Positions 26,876 to 36,831 are shown, numbered from the stretch's first letter. The stretch: DNA of 50,759 nucleotides from Bacteroidia bacterium (GCA_026391215.1 JAPLDX010000121.1:1-50759); one strand, 5' to 3'. Notes: a model not told the origin generated them from the letters alone. A program made the numbers and translations.

Positions 26876-27375
26876 CTATTTTATCATGAAATCCAGAACA
26901 AGCTCATCGCCAAGGTAAGCGATAAGATTATCGTTCTTTTTCAGCGGCCCAACACCCGAAGGAGTACCCGTAAAAATCAGATCGCCTGTTTTCAGGGTAA
27001 AAAACCTGGAGACATAAGCTATTATTTCACAGAATTCGAATATCATATCGGATGTATTGCCCTGCTGGACAATCTTATCGTTGATCTCAAGCCTGAAATC
27101 CAGGTTTTTCAGGTCACTGACTGAGCTGACCGGCATAAATTTCCCCAGCGGCGCTGCACCGTCAAAACACTTTGAAACTTGCCAAGCTTGCTTATCTTAA
27201 TAACAACCTCTGCTTCATACTGAATCATTGTAGAGAACCCGGGCAGAAAAAAAGGCTTGTTATTTTTCAGAATGGAGGAATCAGGTTTAAGAAATACTAC
27301 GGGTTCACCGGGAAGCTGCCTTCCCATTTCCATGGCATGCTTCCTGTAATTAAGCCCTATACAGATGATCTTCAT
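26876..27375 (-). pseudogene. Fumarylacetoacetate hydrolase family gene disrupted by an internal deletion and frameshift
   Basis: MKIICIGLNY…FLKPDS…YEAEVVIKISKLGK joins at ~27178 to VSKCFDGAAPLG…GDLIFTGTP in another frame; the conserved central GIDxTARDLQ…PWE segment is absent. Confidence 0.8.
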
Positions 27376-27376
27376 G

Positions 27377-28153
27377 TCACTCCTGGTTTTTTCCGAAAGC
27401 CCTGAGCTTGATCTCGGTGAGCACTTTCTTCGTATAAAGCGGAAAATCACCGTTCATGATCCAGGCATAATATGACGGTTCTTCCTTAAAAACAGCCTCG
27501 ACAGGTTTGCCTTTATGTTTCCCGAAATTGAAGATTTCAACTCCATTCTCATCAAGGATTATCCTGCCTGCGAAATCCACGTTATTGTTTAATGAGCTGA
27601 AGTCAGCAAGCTTTTCTATATCGTTTTCAAGATCGGTGTATCTGTCAAGCTGAGCTTTGAGTACTTCATAAGTAGCTGATGTATCAGCTTTTGCACTGTG
27701 CGCATCTTTCAGATCCTTGTTGCAGAAAAACTGGTATGCTGCAGCCAGAGTCCTCTGCTCCTTCCTGTAAAAGATGACCTGTGCATCAACATACCTCCTC
27801 TTCCTGAAATTAAAATCGGTGTCGGTCCTCAGAAATTCCTCAGCGAGTAAAGGGATATCGAATTTTATTGAATTATAACCTGCCAGATCGCATCCTTCAA
27901 GAAAAGCAGCAAGTTTCTTTGCTATCTCCTTAAAAGACGGTGCATCGGCAACATCTTTGTCAGATATACCATGGATGGCTGTAGACTTTGGGGGTATGGG
28001 AATTCCGGGATTGACTCTCGTTGTCATCCATTGCTCCTTACCGTTCGGGCTTATCTTAAGAAGGGATATTTCCACAATACGGTCGGTCGAAACATTTATG
28101 CCTGTAGTTTCGAGATCGAAAAAAACAATGGGACGTTTAAGCTTAAGTTCCAA
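27377..28153 (-). CDS. DEDDh 3'-5' exonuclease (DNA polymerase III epsilon-like)
   Basis: FFDLETTG, GYNSIKFD and AHSAKAD; C-terminal FNFGKHKGK; TTG start. Confidence 0.92.
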   Translation of the reverse strand: MELKLKRPIVFFDLETTGINVSTDRIVEISLLKISPNGKEQWMTTRVNPGIPIPPKSTAIHGISDKDVADAPSFKEIAKKLAAFLEGCDLAGYNSIKFDIPLLAEEFLRTDTDFNFRKRRYVDAQVIFYRKEQRTLAAAYQFFCNKDLKDAHSAKADTSATYEVLKAQLDRYTDLENDIEKLADFSSLNNNVDFAGRIILDENGVEIFNFGKHKGKPVEAVFKEEPSYYAWIMNGDFPLYTKKVLTEIKLRAFGKNQE

Positions 28154-28155
28154 TA

Positions 28156-29286
28156 TCAGGCATTTATCATCATTGGCATCAGGAGCATGAGAAGATCCTC
28201 TGCTTCATTCTTGCTCTCTGCCGGCAGAAAGAGTCCTGCACGTGTAGGATCTGCCAGTTCAATCATGACATCCTGTGAGGCGATATTTGTAAGTATCTCA
28301 ATAAGGAAAACCGATTTAAAGCCAATCTCGATCTCCTCGCCTTCATACTGGCACTTTAACCTTTCATAGGCAGAAATAGAGAAATCAATATCCTGGGCAG
28401 AAACAGTAACCTGGTTCCCTTTAAGCTGAAGCTTCACAAGGTTGCTTGCCTGGTTCGAAAATACTGACACCCTTTTGAGAGTATTATAAAACTCAACCCT
28501 GTCTATTGTGATCTTTCGGGGATTATTCTTTGGGATAACTGAATTATAGTTCGGATAGTTGCCTTCCACCAGCCTGCAGACCACTTTGTAATCGGTCAGG
28601 TTGAAAAAGGCATTTTTGTCATCAAACTCAACTGTGAATGGTCCTTCTTCCCTCGGGAGAATATTTTTAAGGAGCGAAGCCGGCTTCTTGGGAAGAATGA
28701 ATGATGCATTATCATCGGCATGTGCGTCAGATCTCTGGTATCTAACCAGCTTATGGGCATCCGAAGCAACGAAGGTAATCTTATCGGTTGAGGCCTCAAT
28801 AAAGATCCCTCCCATCACCGGGCGAAGTTCATCATCTGCGGTTGCAAACAGGGTTTTGTTTATTCCTGACAGCATCACATCAGCATTTATCGTGAAAGAG
28901 AACTTCTTATCCTTTTTGATGGCAGGCAAAGCCGGGAAATCAACACCGTTTTGCCCTACAATATTGAATTTACCGTTCTCAGAACTGATAACAACGGCAA
29001 GTGTATCGGGATTAATATCGAAAGTCAAAGGCTGGGCGGAAAACTCCTTCAGGGTGTCAAGTAAAATCCTGGCAGGCAATGCTATTGTGCCGTCACCCTG
29101 CGTATTCTCAAGCTTCATCCTGGTTATGAGAGTTGACTCCAGGTCGGAGGCTGTTATCTCAAGATCGTTCCCTGCCAGATTGAACAGGAAATTGTCAAGG
29201 ATAGGAAGTGTATTTTTTGAGCTTATTACCCTGCTTATGGCCTGGAGATGACCAAGAAGTTCAGTGCTGGACACTACAAATTTCAT
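28156..29286 (-). CDS. dnaN: DNA polymerase III subunit beta (sliding clamp)
   Basis: LPILDNFL, ASDLE, RPVMGG, ASDAHKL, EGNYPNY and LLMPMM. Confidence 0.98.
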   Translation of the reverse strand: MKFVVSSTELLGHLQAISRVISSKNTLPILDNFLFNLAGNDLEITASDLESTLITRMKLENTQGDGTIALPARILLDTLKEFSAQPLTFDINPDTLAVVISSENGKFNIVGQNGVDFPALPAIKKDKKFSFTINADVMLSGINKTLFATADDELRPVMGGIFIEASTDKITFVASDAHKLVRYQRSDAHADDNASFILPKKPASLLKNILPREEGPFTVEFDDKNAFFNLTDYKVVCRLVEGNYPNYNSVIPKNNPRKITIDRVEFYNTLKRVSVFSNQASNLVKLQLKGNQVTVSAQDIDFSISAYERLKCQYEGEEIEIGFKSVFLIEILTNIASQDVMIELADPTRAGLFLPAESKNEAEDLLMLLMPMMINA

Positions 29287-29439
29287 AATGATACCGGTTT
29301 AAGTTGATTTTACAGAATCTTTATTTTCTTATTTAACTCAAATTGAATGAATTGGGATGTTCTCTTATCTCAATTCCCAATTATCAATATTACAAAAAAA
29401 ATATATTCCCTCAAATAAAAATAATTGGTCTTTATAATT

Positions 29440-29519
29440 CCGGGCTAAAGCCCATCAGGGGAGCACGTTTCTAACTATCCCCAAACCCTCCAAGGGGGGC
29501 TTTTAGGGGGATTTATGGG
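29440..29519. repeat. REP-like palindromes: GGGCTAAAGCCC and a CCCCAAACCCTCCAAGGGGGG unit
   Basis: GGGCT-AA-AGCCC hairpin at ~29442-29453; C-run/G-run element at 29477-29519 overlapping the stop of the next gene. Confidence 0.6.
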
Positions 29520-30489
29520 TGGATGATAAGAAATATGATCTCTTCTTCAGCAGGGGATCAATATCAAAATACCTTATTATGAAAAACTCATCAACAGCAT
29601 CAGTCTTGCCCAGGAGCCTGTCACTGTCCCTGACGCCGGTGTCAGTATCAGATCTCTCCCACATTGTAAGATTAACTTCATTACCGGATATTTTCTTAAC
29701 ATTTATCCTGTAAAGGGGATTCTGTGACTTGATCCTCTCTTTCTGGTCATCAGGGATATCAAATGCCCAGCTTTCAAAAGGCACCCATGTGAAATACGAA
29801 ATATACCTTTTAATCCTGGATGAATCCCATCCTGCCAGGTCATTCTCAGTATCCGAAAATGTAAAGGTGCCATCTTTATATATAATTGAAAATGAAGAAG
29901 CAGGATCTGAATAATTTTCCAGGGTGACTGATGATATCTCGGAAGGCAGCAGGTTAAATACAGTAAAGGGCTGCCAGAAAAGCTCGCTTGTTATGAATGC
30001 AGAACCTATATCTGCCTCATATCCCGGGACATAAACAATAAATGGCTTGCTCCGCTCCCTCATCTTCATCATGTTGCCATAAGGATTTGATCCCGTCTTA
30101 TAAACCAGGAATGAGTTAATGAGCCTGCCGTTTTCAAAAACACTGACTTTCACGGGATTGATTCCCTTTTCGGTTATCTCCGTATTAAGCATTTCAGGAG
30201 ATACAGGCGATTTGATCGTCATTTCCGTCAGTACGCGGATAATAAAAAGAACTGCGCTTTTTCTTGCTTCATTGGTCCCGTTCACAAGCCATCCTTCCCC
30301 TTCTTTTGAAAGCATAAGCTTCTTTTCGCCATCGGTAAACTCAATACCTGTTATCTCTTTCTTTGGCAGCGATGCAAAGGAGCTCTGGTTTTTTCCATAT
30401 GGTGATTTGTCTCTCAGCAGGATCACAAGAACCAATGCCACTGCCAATATGATTGATATTAAGGTATTTCTAAGGGATATATTACTCAT
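29503..30489 (-). CDS. DUF4340-like protein downstream of gldG
   Basis: N-terminal TM anchor, WLVNG motif, and conserved position between gldG and dnaN. Confidence 0.75.
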   Translation of the reverse strand: MSNISLRNTLISIILAVALVLVILLRDKSPYGKNQSSFASLPKKEITGIEFTDGEKKLMLSKEGEGWLVNGTNEARKSAVLFIIRVLTEMTIKSPVSPEMLNTEITEKGINPVKVSVFENGRLINSFLVYKTGSNPYGNMMKMRERSKPFIVYVPGYEADIGSAFITSELFWQPFTVFNLLPSEISSVTLENYSDPASSFSIIYKDGTFTFSDTENDLAGWDSSRIKRYISYFTWVPFESWAFDIPDDQKERIKSQNPLYRINVKKISGNEVNLTMWERSDTDTGVRDSDRLLGKTDAVDEFFIIRYFDIDPLLKKRSYFLSSTHKSP

Positions 30490-30491
30490 TA

Positions 30492-32213
30492 TTAATATTT
30501 TGTATACCTTCTTTTTCTGACGATCCCGTAAAAAATCCCGGCAAGGATGACTATCAGGACAGGGCCCGCGATATTAATAAGCTGCAATAAAAATCTTTCA
30601 TTTCTGATCTTTGTTTTATCAAGCAGCCTCAGCTTCATCTCCCGTGATCTGAGATCCATAAGACCATTGTCATCAACAAGATAATTCATGCAGTTTATAA
30701 GAAAATCCCTGTTGCCGTATATATCTCCTGTATATCTGTCCTGCCCCAAAGGAACTGGTGTTAAGGTGACACCTGTCCTGGTTACATCATTTCTGATGAT
30801 ATCACCATCTGCTATCACTATCATCTTCGTTTCGCTGCTTTCTGTCTTTGCCCTGAAGCCTGGATCAGCTATCATACCACTGGTCATTCTGTTCCTGAAT
30901 GCTGAGGGGAATACTCCTTCAAGAAGAACAGCCACCGGAAGCTGAGATTTATTAAAGTCTTTCTCATCGGGCGTCATTTCTGCCTCTTTAAGTCTGATAA
31001 GAAGAGGAGGAGAAAGCGTCCTGGAGTAATCGGATGTAGATAGAAGAATTGTCTTTCTTACAGCAGGATCCATCCCAACTGTATCGACTGTGTTAACGAA
31101 TTCGCCTTTGACCTTATTAAGATTCCTTGTTATAGGGTGATTTGGATCAGGGGAAAGCAAAGGATAATAGAACCATGGCATCGGAACGATTTGTTTCGAT
31201 TCAGCTCCCGTAGTGACAGATAATGGTAAAACCACAAAATCGACTATATCCTGGATTATTTCAGGATTAACTCTTATTCCATATCTGAACAGCTGATCCT
31301 CAATATTTAGCGGCCGGTAAAGTCCTGCTGTCTCTCCATATACCAGTGAATCAGCGTTTACAACTACCTCCTCCAACAACCATAGTACCTTTCCTCCGTT
31401 CATAATATACTGGTCAAGCACAAGCTTATCGGTCTCACTGAATTCCAGTTCCGGACCTGCAACAATTACCACAGCATAGTCATCGAGGATCCCCGGCTGT
31501 CCACCTATTGCCCCCCTGTCAACAGTGAAGTATTTGGCCAGATTGATTGTAATGTCAGCAACTTCTATCTCCTGAAATTCGTCCTGCCCTTCAAGAAAAG
31601 CCACCCTGTATATTGTATCGGAAGTTACAGTTGCAATAGTCTGTATCATTTCATATTCCAGGCTCTCCATGGAATGAAGAATATTCTGCTCCGCAGATAC
31701 AGACTGGTTGTTTTTCAGGAAGTTCACCGGCACTTCAATGCCATTGTAATTCACTATCATTCCCGGGAAGATCAGCTTCTGGCTTTTTCCTCCTTCATCG
31801 TCTCCTGCCTGGATATTTACGGGATTAAGACCTTTATTATAAAGAGCAGTGTACTGGGCTTCCCGCTGCTCCAGGTCTTTAGTGGCTGCCGGATTAATGA
31901 AAGCATAGCCGATGCGTTTTTTCGAGGCAATCCTGAATTCATCAAGCATTTCATTCACCGATCTCTTCAGCCGCTTCATGGGTATTGGCATTTCACCATC
32001 CAGGTAAACCTCTATATAGATATCGCTTTTAATTCCCTCCAACACTTTGAGAGTAGGTTCGGATAGGGTGTATCTTTTATCCTCAGTAAGGTCAATACGA
32101 AGCCTGATAACGGAGCATAATAATGCAGCAAGTATGATCCCTGCTGCTGCCAGGAGAAACTGCATCCAGCTTTTCAGCCTAATATTCGCGCTATCACTGG
32201 TATTTCCCATCAT
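30492..32213 (-). CDS. gldG: Gliding motility-associated ABC transporter auxiliary protein GldG
   Basis: RIDLTEDKRYTLS, LDQYIMNGGK, MIVIADGD and YGNRDFLINCMNYL; TM segments at both ends. Confidence 0.93.
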   Translation of the reverse strand: MMGNTSDSANIRLKSWMQFLLAAAGIILAALLCSVIRLRIDLTEDKRYTLSEPTLKVLEGIKSDIYIEVYLDGEMPIPMKRLKRSVNEMLDEFRIASKKRIGYAFINPAATKDLEQREAQYTALYNKGLNPVNIQAGDDEGGKSQKLIFPGMIVNYNGIEVPVNFLKNNQSVSAEQNILHSMESLEYEMIQTIATVTSDTIYRVAFLEGQDEFQEIEVADITINLAKYFTVDRGAIGGQPGILDDYAVVIVAGPELEFSETDKLVLDQYIMNGGKVLWLLEEVVVNADSLVYGETAGLYRPLNIEDQLFRYGIRVNPEIIQDIVDFVVLPLSVTTGAESKQIVPMPWFYYPLLSPDPNHPITRNLNKVKGEFVNTVDTVGMDPAVRKTILLSTSDYSRTLSPPLLIRLKEAEMTPDEKDFNKSQLPVAVLLEGVFPSAFRNRMTSGMIADPGFRAKTESSETKMIVIADGDIIRNDVTRTGVTLTPVPLGQDRYTGDIYGNRDFLINCMNYLVDDNGLMDLRSREMKLRLLDKTKIRNERFLLQLINIAGPVLIVILAGIFYGIVRKRRYTKY

Positions 32214-32957
32214 TCAGCTTTTTTTCTTCCATTTACGCGATAGCAAAACCAGCCTTGTTGCCTCATTGAAAATGACAGCAACTGCAATAAAATAGACTAC
32301 ATCTCTGATGTCAAGCACACCCCTGCTCATCGACTTATAATGTTCATTGATTCCCAGATTAATCACGAATTCGTCAAGCATTTTAAGTCCCGGCAGATAT
32401 GCAAAGGAATCGAATCCCATCAGCAGTACAAAACAAATAAGGACAGCAATAATAAATGCAATAACCTGATTATCAGTTAATGACGAAGCAAATATTCCGA
32501 CTGATGCATATATAGCAGCCAGGAAGAAGAGTCCGATAAGGGCACCCCAGGTTCCGCCTTTATCAAGGTTTCCCGGAGTTTCCCCGAGAATATAAACCGA
32601 AAAATAAAAGATCAGGCATGGAAGCAGGGATAGTAGAACAAGAGCAACTGAGGCGAGGAATTTGCCCCAGATGATCCCGCGTTCAGTAACCGGTTTTGAG
32701 TAGATAAGCTCAATAGTGCCGAGACGTTTCTCTTCTGCTATCATTCTCATTGTCACTGACGGTACCAGGAAAAGGAAAATCCATGGTGAAAGTATAAAGA
32801 GCGTATCGAGACCTGCATAGCCACTGTCGAGTATGTTCCACTCGCCGGGGAACACCCACATGAAGATGCTGTTAATGAGGAGAAAGACTATAATTACTAT
32901 ATACCCTGTAAGGCTGCTGAAGAATCCGCTTATTTCTTTCCTGAATAATGCAAACAT
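32214..32957 (-). CDS. gldF: Gliding motility-associated ABC transporter permease GldF
   Basis: KEISGFFSSLTGY, TMRMIAEEKRLGTIEL, SSLTDNQVIAF and HYKSMSRGVLD. Start at 32957; the longer ORF call runs into a repeat. Confidence 0.95.
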   Translation of the reverse strand: MFALFRKEISGFFSSLTGYIVIIVFLLINSIFMWVFPGEWNILDSGYAGLDTLFILSPWIFLFLVPSVTMRMIAEEKRLGTIELIYSKPVTERGIIWGKFLASVALVLLSLLPCLIFYFSVYILGETPGNLDKGGTWGALIGLFFLAAIYASVGIFASSLTDNQVIAFIIAVLICFVLLMGFDSFAYLPGLKMLDEFVINLGINEHYKSMSRGVLDIRDVVYFIAVAVIFNEATRLVLLSRKWKKKS

Positions 32958-33010
32958 ATTGTAGGTTAATTCACAAAAATAAAGAAATAAATTTAATGAC
33001 ACTAGACATT

Positions 33011-33130
33011 CATGTACCCACCCCCTTTGTCCCCCTCCCTGCTGAAGCAAGGAGGGGGAACAGACTAATATATAATGAGTTAGCTCCCCCTTTTTACGAA
33101 GTAGAGAGTGGGCTGGGGGGTGAGTACATG
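33011..33130. mobile_element. MITE/REP-like element CATGTACCC…GAGTACATG
   Basis: 120 bp with terminal inverted repeats and an internal hairpin CCCCCTCCCTGCTGAAGCAAGGAGGGGG; homologous to the copies at 13740 and 43805. Confidence 0.85.
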
Positions 33131-33136
33131 AAGGCT

Positions 33137-34288
33137 TTAAGGAAGCGCTAATGGATCTTCAGGCGCTTTAGCATCCTTAATATCCGCAATAAATACCCCT
33201 GTATAATAAAATCCTATTATCTGCTTATAATCAAATCCTTTCATTGCCATTACCATTGCTCCTTCCTGGCAGAGACCTACACCATGGCCATAACCCCTTC
33301 CGTTAAAGACAACTGAATCTGCTGCCACCGAAAGAGAGAAAAATGTCGATCTAAGCTTCAGGTCAGTTCTGATCTGATTAAGAGGCATTGTAAAATCACC
33401 GGCTTTATAATCTTTCAGCCTTGTCTTCTGTGAAAAATTTAACAGTGAGGAATTGCCTTCATCTCCGCTATATCCCGCACTCTTAAGATAATCTGTCCAT
33501 TCCTCAAGACTTATGGCTGTCTGCCATTTTGCATTGCGCGACGCGGTACAAAAAGGATCGGTCACTTTTTTAAGATACGTCTGATTGGTAAGCCATACAT
33601 TTTCCGATGGAGATGTTTCTCCTCCGCAGTTGGAATGAAAAGCTGAAATGATAAGCGCAGAGTCAGGGCCGAGAATTACCTGTCCCTTTGTCTCCAATGC
33701 TGCACGGACTATTATTGTATCATTTGTCACTCCGTTAAAAGCCTGGCAATGAGTATTATCACAAAGATTAAACCGGTCTGTTATATGTTTATCATAATAT
33801 TTATATATATAAGTCCTGGCTATTACTGCCTGTGTCTTGAAGTATTCAATATTCTTCCCCGAACCTCCTTCTGCCCTTACAACTCCTGAAATATATGGAT
33901 CAATTTCACAGACATTAATGAGTAACATTGTCCCAAGACCTCGAAAGCACTGAAGATCTCCTGAATAAAGCTGTCGGATCCCGTTAACACGTAAAGTGAA
34001 AGAATCATTTCCGGTTTTTTGTAAAAAGAATACCGAATCACAAATAACTGCTTTTTCATTCCTGGCTTTCACTGCCAGCCTGTCATTGAATTTTGAGATC
34101 AGAATAATTTCTCCCGGGGATATCTCAAATGTATTTCCATTGAATCCGTTCACTTCGTATATTCCTCCGGTAACCGAAAAAACTGCAGTCCCGGGATCAT
34201 GTGCAGAAAATAATCTTATCCTAACCTGCCCGAAAGATGACAGTGGTAATAATAAGAATAAAAATCCCGTAATGATCAGTCTGTACAT
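33137..34288 (-). CDS. SpoIID/LytB domain protein (lytic transglycosylase)
   Basis: YISGVVRAE, KTQAVIARTY, LCDNTHCQ, FHSNCGG and GYGHGVGLCQEGA. Confidence 0.93.
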   Translation of the reverse strand: MYRLIITGFLFLLLPLSSFGQVRIRLFSAHDPGTAVFSVTGGIYEVNGFNGNTFEISPGEIILISKFNDRLAVKARNEKAVICDSVFFLQKTGNDSFTLRVNGIRQLYSGDLQCFRGLGTMLLINVCEIDPYISGVVRAEGGSGKNIEYFKTQAVIARTYIYKYYDKHITDRFNLCDNTHCQAFNGVTNDTIIVRAALETKGQVILGPDSALIISAFHSNCGGETSPSENVWLTNQTYLKKVTDPFCTASRNAKWQTAISLEEWTDYLKSAGYSGDEGNSSLLNFSQKTRLKDYKAGDFTMPLNQIRTDLKLRSTFFSLSVAADSVVFNGRGYGHGVGLCQEGAMVMAMKGFDYKQIIGFYYTGVFIADIKDAKAPEDPLALP

Positions 34289-34319
34289 TATACTAAATCT
34301 ATCCTTATACTGTGTGCCG

Positions 34320-35465
34320 TTACGCCTTCGCTGAAGCTTCGGCGCACGCAGTGAGCCTTTCTATCATAGCACTGGCAATTCTTCCTGACGCTCCCGAAGG
34401 ACCCAGCTTTTCTTTTAAGAGCTTATAGTCTTCAAGCATCTTTCCCCTTGCAGTACCTCCCTGAAGTATTGGTTTGAGTTCATCAAGCAGGTTATTCCTG
34501 TTGAGGGAATATCCTTTCAGCTCTTTCACAACCTCCATATCCATAATAAGGTTGACAAGCGAGATATATTTCACCTTTATTACCATCAAGGCAATAAGCA
34601 TTGAAAAAAAGTCACCTTTATAGCAGACCACCTGAGGAGTATTGAACAGGGCAGCTTCAAGGGTTGCAGTTCCTGATGCTACCAGGGCTGCCTCAGAAAC
34701 AGTGAGTATCTCATATGTTTTATCCTTCAGCAGCTTTACAGGTTCCTTACCGATAATTTTCATATATAACTCATCAGGCAGGTTTTTCACTCCGGCCAGG
34801 ACAAACTGGTATTCAGGAAAATACCTGACCACCTTGATCATCTGCGGCAGAATTGCTTCAACCTCATGGCGGCGGCTCCCGGCGAGAAGTCCTATCACTG
34901 GCCTGTTATCAAGACCAGGCATTCTTAAAAGCTCTTCCTTCCCGGGTAGTGCTGACATTCTTCTTTCTGTTTCGTCAACAAGAGGATTTCCCCGGTATTC
35001 AACATCGATCTCATGTCCTTTATAAAAACTTACTTCGAATGGAAAAATGATGTACATCCGGTCAACATATTCCCTGATCTTCTCTACTCTGCTCTCGTTC
35101 CACGCCCATAATTTCGGTGATATGTAATAGAAAATCCTGAATCCTTTACTTTTGGCAAACTCAGCAATACGTAGGTTAAATCCGGGGTAATCGATCAGGA
35201 TGACCGTATCAGGATTAAAGTCGGTGATATGTTGCTTGCAGAGAGATAAGTTTCTGGATATAGTCCTGAGGTTTTTCAGAACGACGGTGAAGCCCATGAA
35301 AGCTGTTTTCTTGTAATGCATCAGCAGGGTCGCTCCTGCTGCTTCCATCAGGTCGCCTCCCCAACAGAATATTTCAGCATCTCTGTCAGCAGCTATCAGT
35401 TCCCTGATAAGGTTTGACCCATGAAGGTCGCCTGATTGTTCCCCAGCGATTATAAAATACCTCAT
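34320..35465 (-). CDS. lpxB: Lipid-A-disaccharide synthase
   Basis: IAGEQSGDLHG, IDYPGFN, YYISPKLWAW, FPFE, AGSR, SGTATLE and ISLVN. Start at 35465. Confidence 0.97.
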   Translation of the reverse strand: MRYFIIAGEQSGDLHGSNLIRELIAADRDAEIFCWGGDLMEAAGATLLMHYKKTAFMGFTVVLKNLRTISRNLSLCKQHITDFNPDTVILIDYPGFNLRIAEFAKSKGFRIFYYISPKLWAWNESRVEKIREYVDRMYIIFPFEVSFYKGHEIDVEYRGNPLVDETERRMSALPGKEELLRMPGLDNRPVIGLLAGSRRHEVEAILPQMIKVVRYFPEYQFVLAGVKNLPDELYMKIIGKEPVKLLKDKTYEILTVSEAALVASGTATLEAALFNTPQVVCYKGDFFSMLIALMVIKVKYISLVNLIMDMEVVKELKGYSLNRNNLLDELKPILQGGTARGKMLEDYKLLKEKLGPSGASGRIASAMIERLTACAEASAKA

Positions 35466-35761
35466 CACAATACTTTTACTACGAAAAGCAGCAATAGCCA
35501 AGCTATGGTTATTCCCAGCACTCCCTTGCAAGCGCGCAGCATATCAAAGTGATTAAACAGGAAAAATATAAGCACGTTTGAAAACATACAGAGAGAAATT
35601 ATTTGGGTAGAAATATTTGCTTCTATTATTTTCCTAAGCCATAATTGAAGGCTTGGATCTCCTTTGGCAGAAAGGAATACCACAAGGGAAACAATAACGG
35701 GTAATACAAATCCTGTGATGACCCCGAAAGCCACTTTATCATATTTTTCCGGGAATTTCAC
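35465..35761 (-). CDS. Small hypothetical membrane protein (three TM segments)
   Basis: 98-aa hydrophobic ORF overlapping both the surE stop and the lpxB start. Confidence 0.8.
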   Translation of the reverse strand: MKFPEKYDKVAFGVITGFVLPVIVSLVVFLSAKGDPSLQLWLRKIIEANISTQIISLCMFSNVLIFFLFNHFDMLRACKGVLGITIAWLLLLFVVKVL

Positions 35762-36540
35762 TTTCCTAATTTCTCCTTTAGTTTATCAATGAACCAGTGA
35801 GCGGTCATATCAACTGATACGGGCACCACCGAAACATAATTATTAGCCAGCGCCCACTCATCAGTATCTTTTGCTTCTGGTTCATGGTTTTGGAAAGAGC
35901 CTGTAAGCCAGTAATATGTCTTACCCATTGGATCTTTTCTCTTCTCGAATTCCTCCTTCCAGTTTCCTTTCGATTGGCGGCATACTTTTATTCCCTTTAT
36001 ATCTTTCTTTTCGACTGCCGGAATATTAACATTAAGGCACACCCCCTGAGGAAGAGGCTCCAATGCCATCTTTTCCATAATCAGCCGTATGTAGGTTCTG
36101 CATACAGAAAAATCGGCTGTGGATGAAAAACTATTAAGTGAAAAGCCAACCGAGCTGATGCCATATAAGCATCCCTCAATTGCTGCAGCCATAGTGCCTG
36201 AATAGAGCACGCTTACTGACGCGTTGGCGCCATGATTGATCCCTGAAACAACCCAGTCAGGATGCCTGTCAAGCAATTGATTAACAGCAATTTTAATGCT
36301 ATCCGTCGGTGTTCCGTTACAGGTATAGATCCTGTGCTTTTCATTTTCTTCTAGAAGCTTGACCCTAAGAGGTGTTTTAACCGTCAGGGCCTGTGACATT
36401 CCGGACTGGCTCTCCATTGTGGAAACCAGCACCACCTTTCCGAATTCCTCCATAACCTCAAGAAGAGTTTTTAATCCGGCTGCATAAAGACCGTCATCGT
36501 TAGTTAACAGGATCAGCCGTTCTCCCTTTTCAATAACCAT
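35758..36540 (-). CDS. surE: 5'/3'-nucleotidase SurE
   Basis: LLTNDDG, GTPTD, SGINHGAN and YSGTMAAAIEG. Confidence 0.97.
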   Translation of the reverse strand: MVIEKGERLILLTNDDGLYAAGLKTLLEVMEEFGKVVLVSTMESQSGMSQALTVKTPLRVKLLEENEKHRIYTCNGTPTDSIKIAVNQLLDRHPDWVVSGINHGANASVSVLYSGTMAAAIEGCLYGISSVGFSLNSFSSTADFSVCRTYIRLIMEKMALEPLPQGVCLNVNIPAVEKKDIKGIKVCRQSKGNWKEEFEKRKDPMGKTYYWLTGSFQNHEPEAKDTDEWALANNYVSVVPVSVDMTAHWFIDKLKEKLGK

Positions 36541-36559
36541 ATATTACTAAATTGATATA

Positions 36560-36567
36560 CAAATATA
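36560..36567 (-). promoter_or_regulatory. Bacteroidota -7 promoter motif for surE
   Basis: TATATTTG on the minus strand, 20 bp upstream of the start. Confidence 0.55.
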
Positions 36568-36598
36568 GAGAAAATTGGGAGAAGGCTGCTTAGTTAAG

Positions 36599-36814
36599 AT
36601 TGATGGAACCGCTCCGCGGTTCAACAAATATCTACCGGGCCATGAGCCAATATTGATGCAACCGCTCCGCGGTTCGGCAAATAATTCAGTACCTGCGAGG
36701 GGAAGAAATGTTTTGGTTTTTGCTTCAAAACATGAGAGGGAAAGAAACGTCGGAGACGTTCCCTCAAACTTGTTAAGGTCTTCTTTTTCATTATTAAACC
36801 CCGGAGGGGTTCCA
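36599..36814. repeat. Cluster of three REP-like hairpins (AACCGC-TCC-GCGGTT family)
   Basis: Imperfect 32-bp direct repeats at 36599-36630 and 36652-36683; inverted variant AAACCCCGGAGGGGTTCCA at 36796-36814. Confidence 0.8.
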
Positions 36815-36831
36815 TAATAAAATCAATTTCT

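Noticed and set aside
27109-27200. Programmed frameshift in the FAH gene
   Set aside because: Conserved catalytic sequence is physically missing, so a frameshift alone could not restore the protein.
28601-29251. 216-aa plus-strand ORF
   Set aside because: Antisense shadow of dnaN. The same applies to the many short ORFs opposite iorB, gldG, lpxB, pheT and the OFOR gamma subunit.
32958-33050. N-terminal extension of gldF in the ORF track
   Set aside because: It runs through the MITE-like element; the true start is likely 32957, preceded by a TATTTTTG motif at 32974-32981.
36599-36683. Possible CRISPR (32-bp repeats)
   Set aside because: Two imperfect copies with a 21-bp spacer and a third copy in inverted orientation; no cas genes.
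36575-36817. Short ORFs on both strands between surE and pheT
   Set aside because: They coincide with REP hairpins and have no recognisable motifs; I could not support a transposase remnant at protein level.
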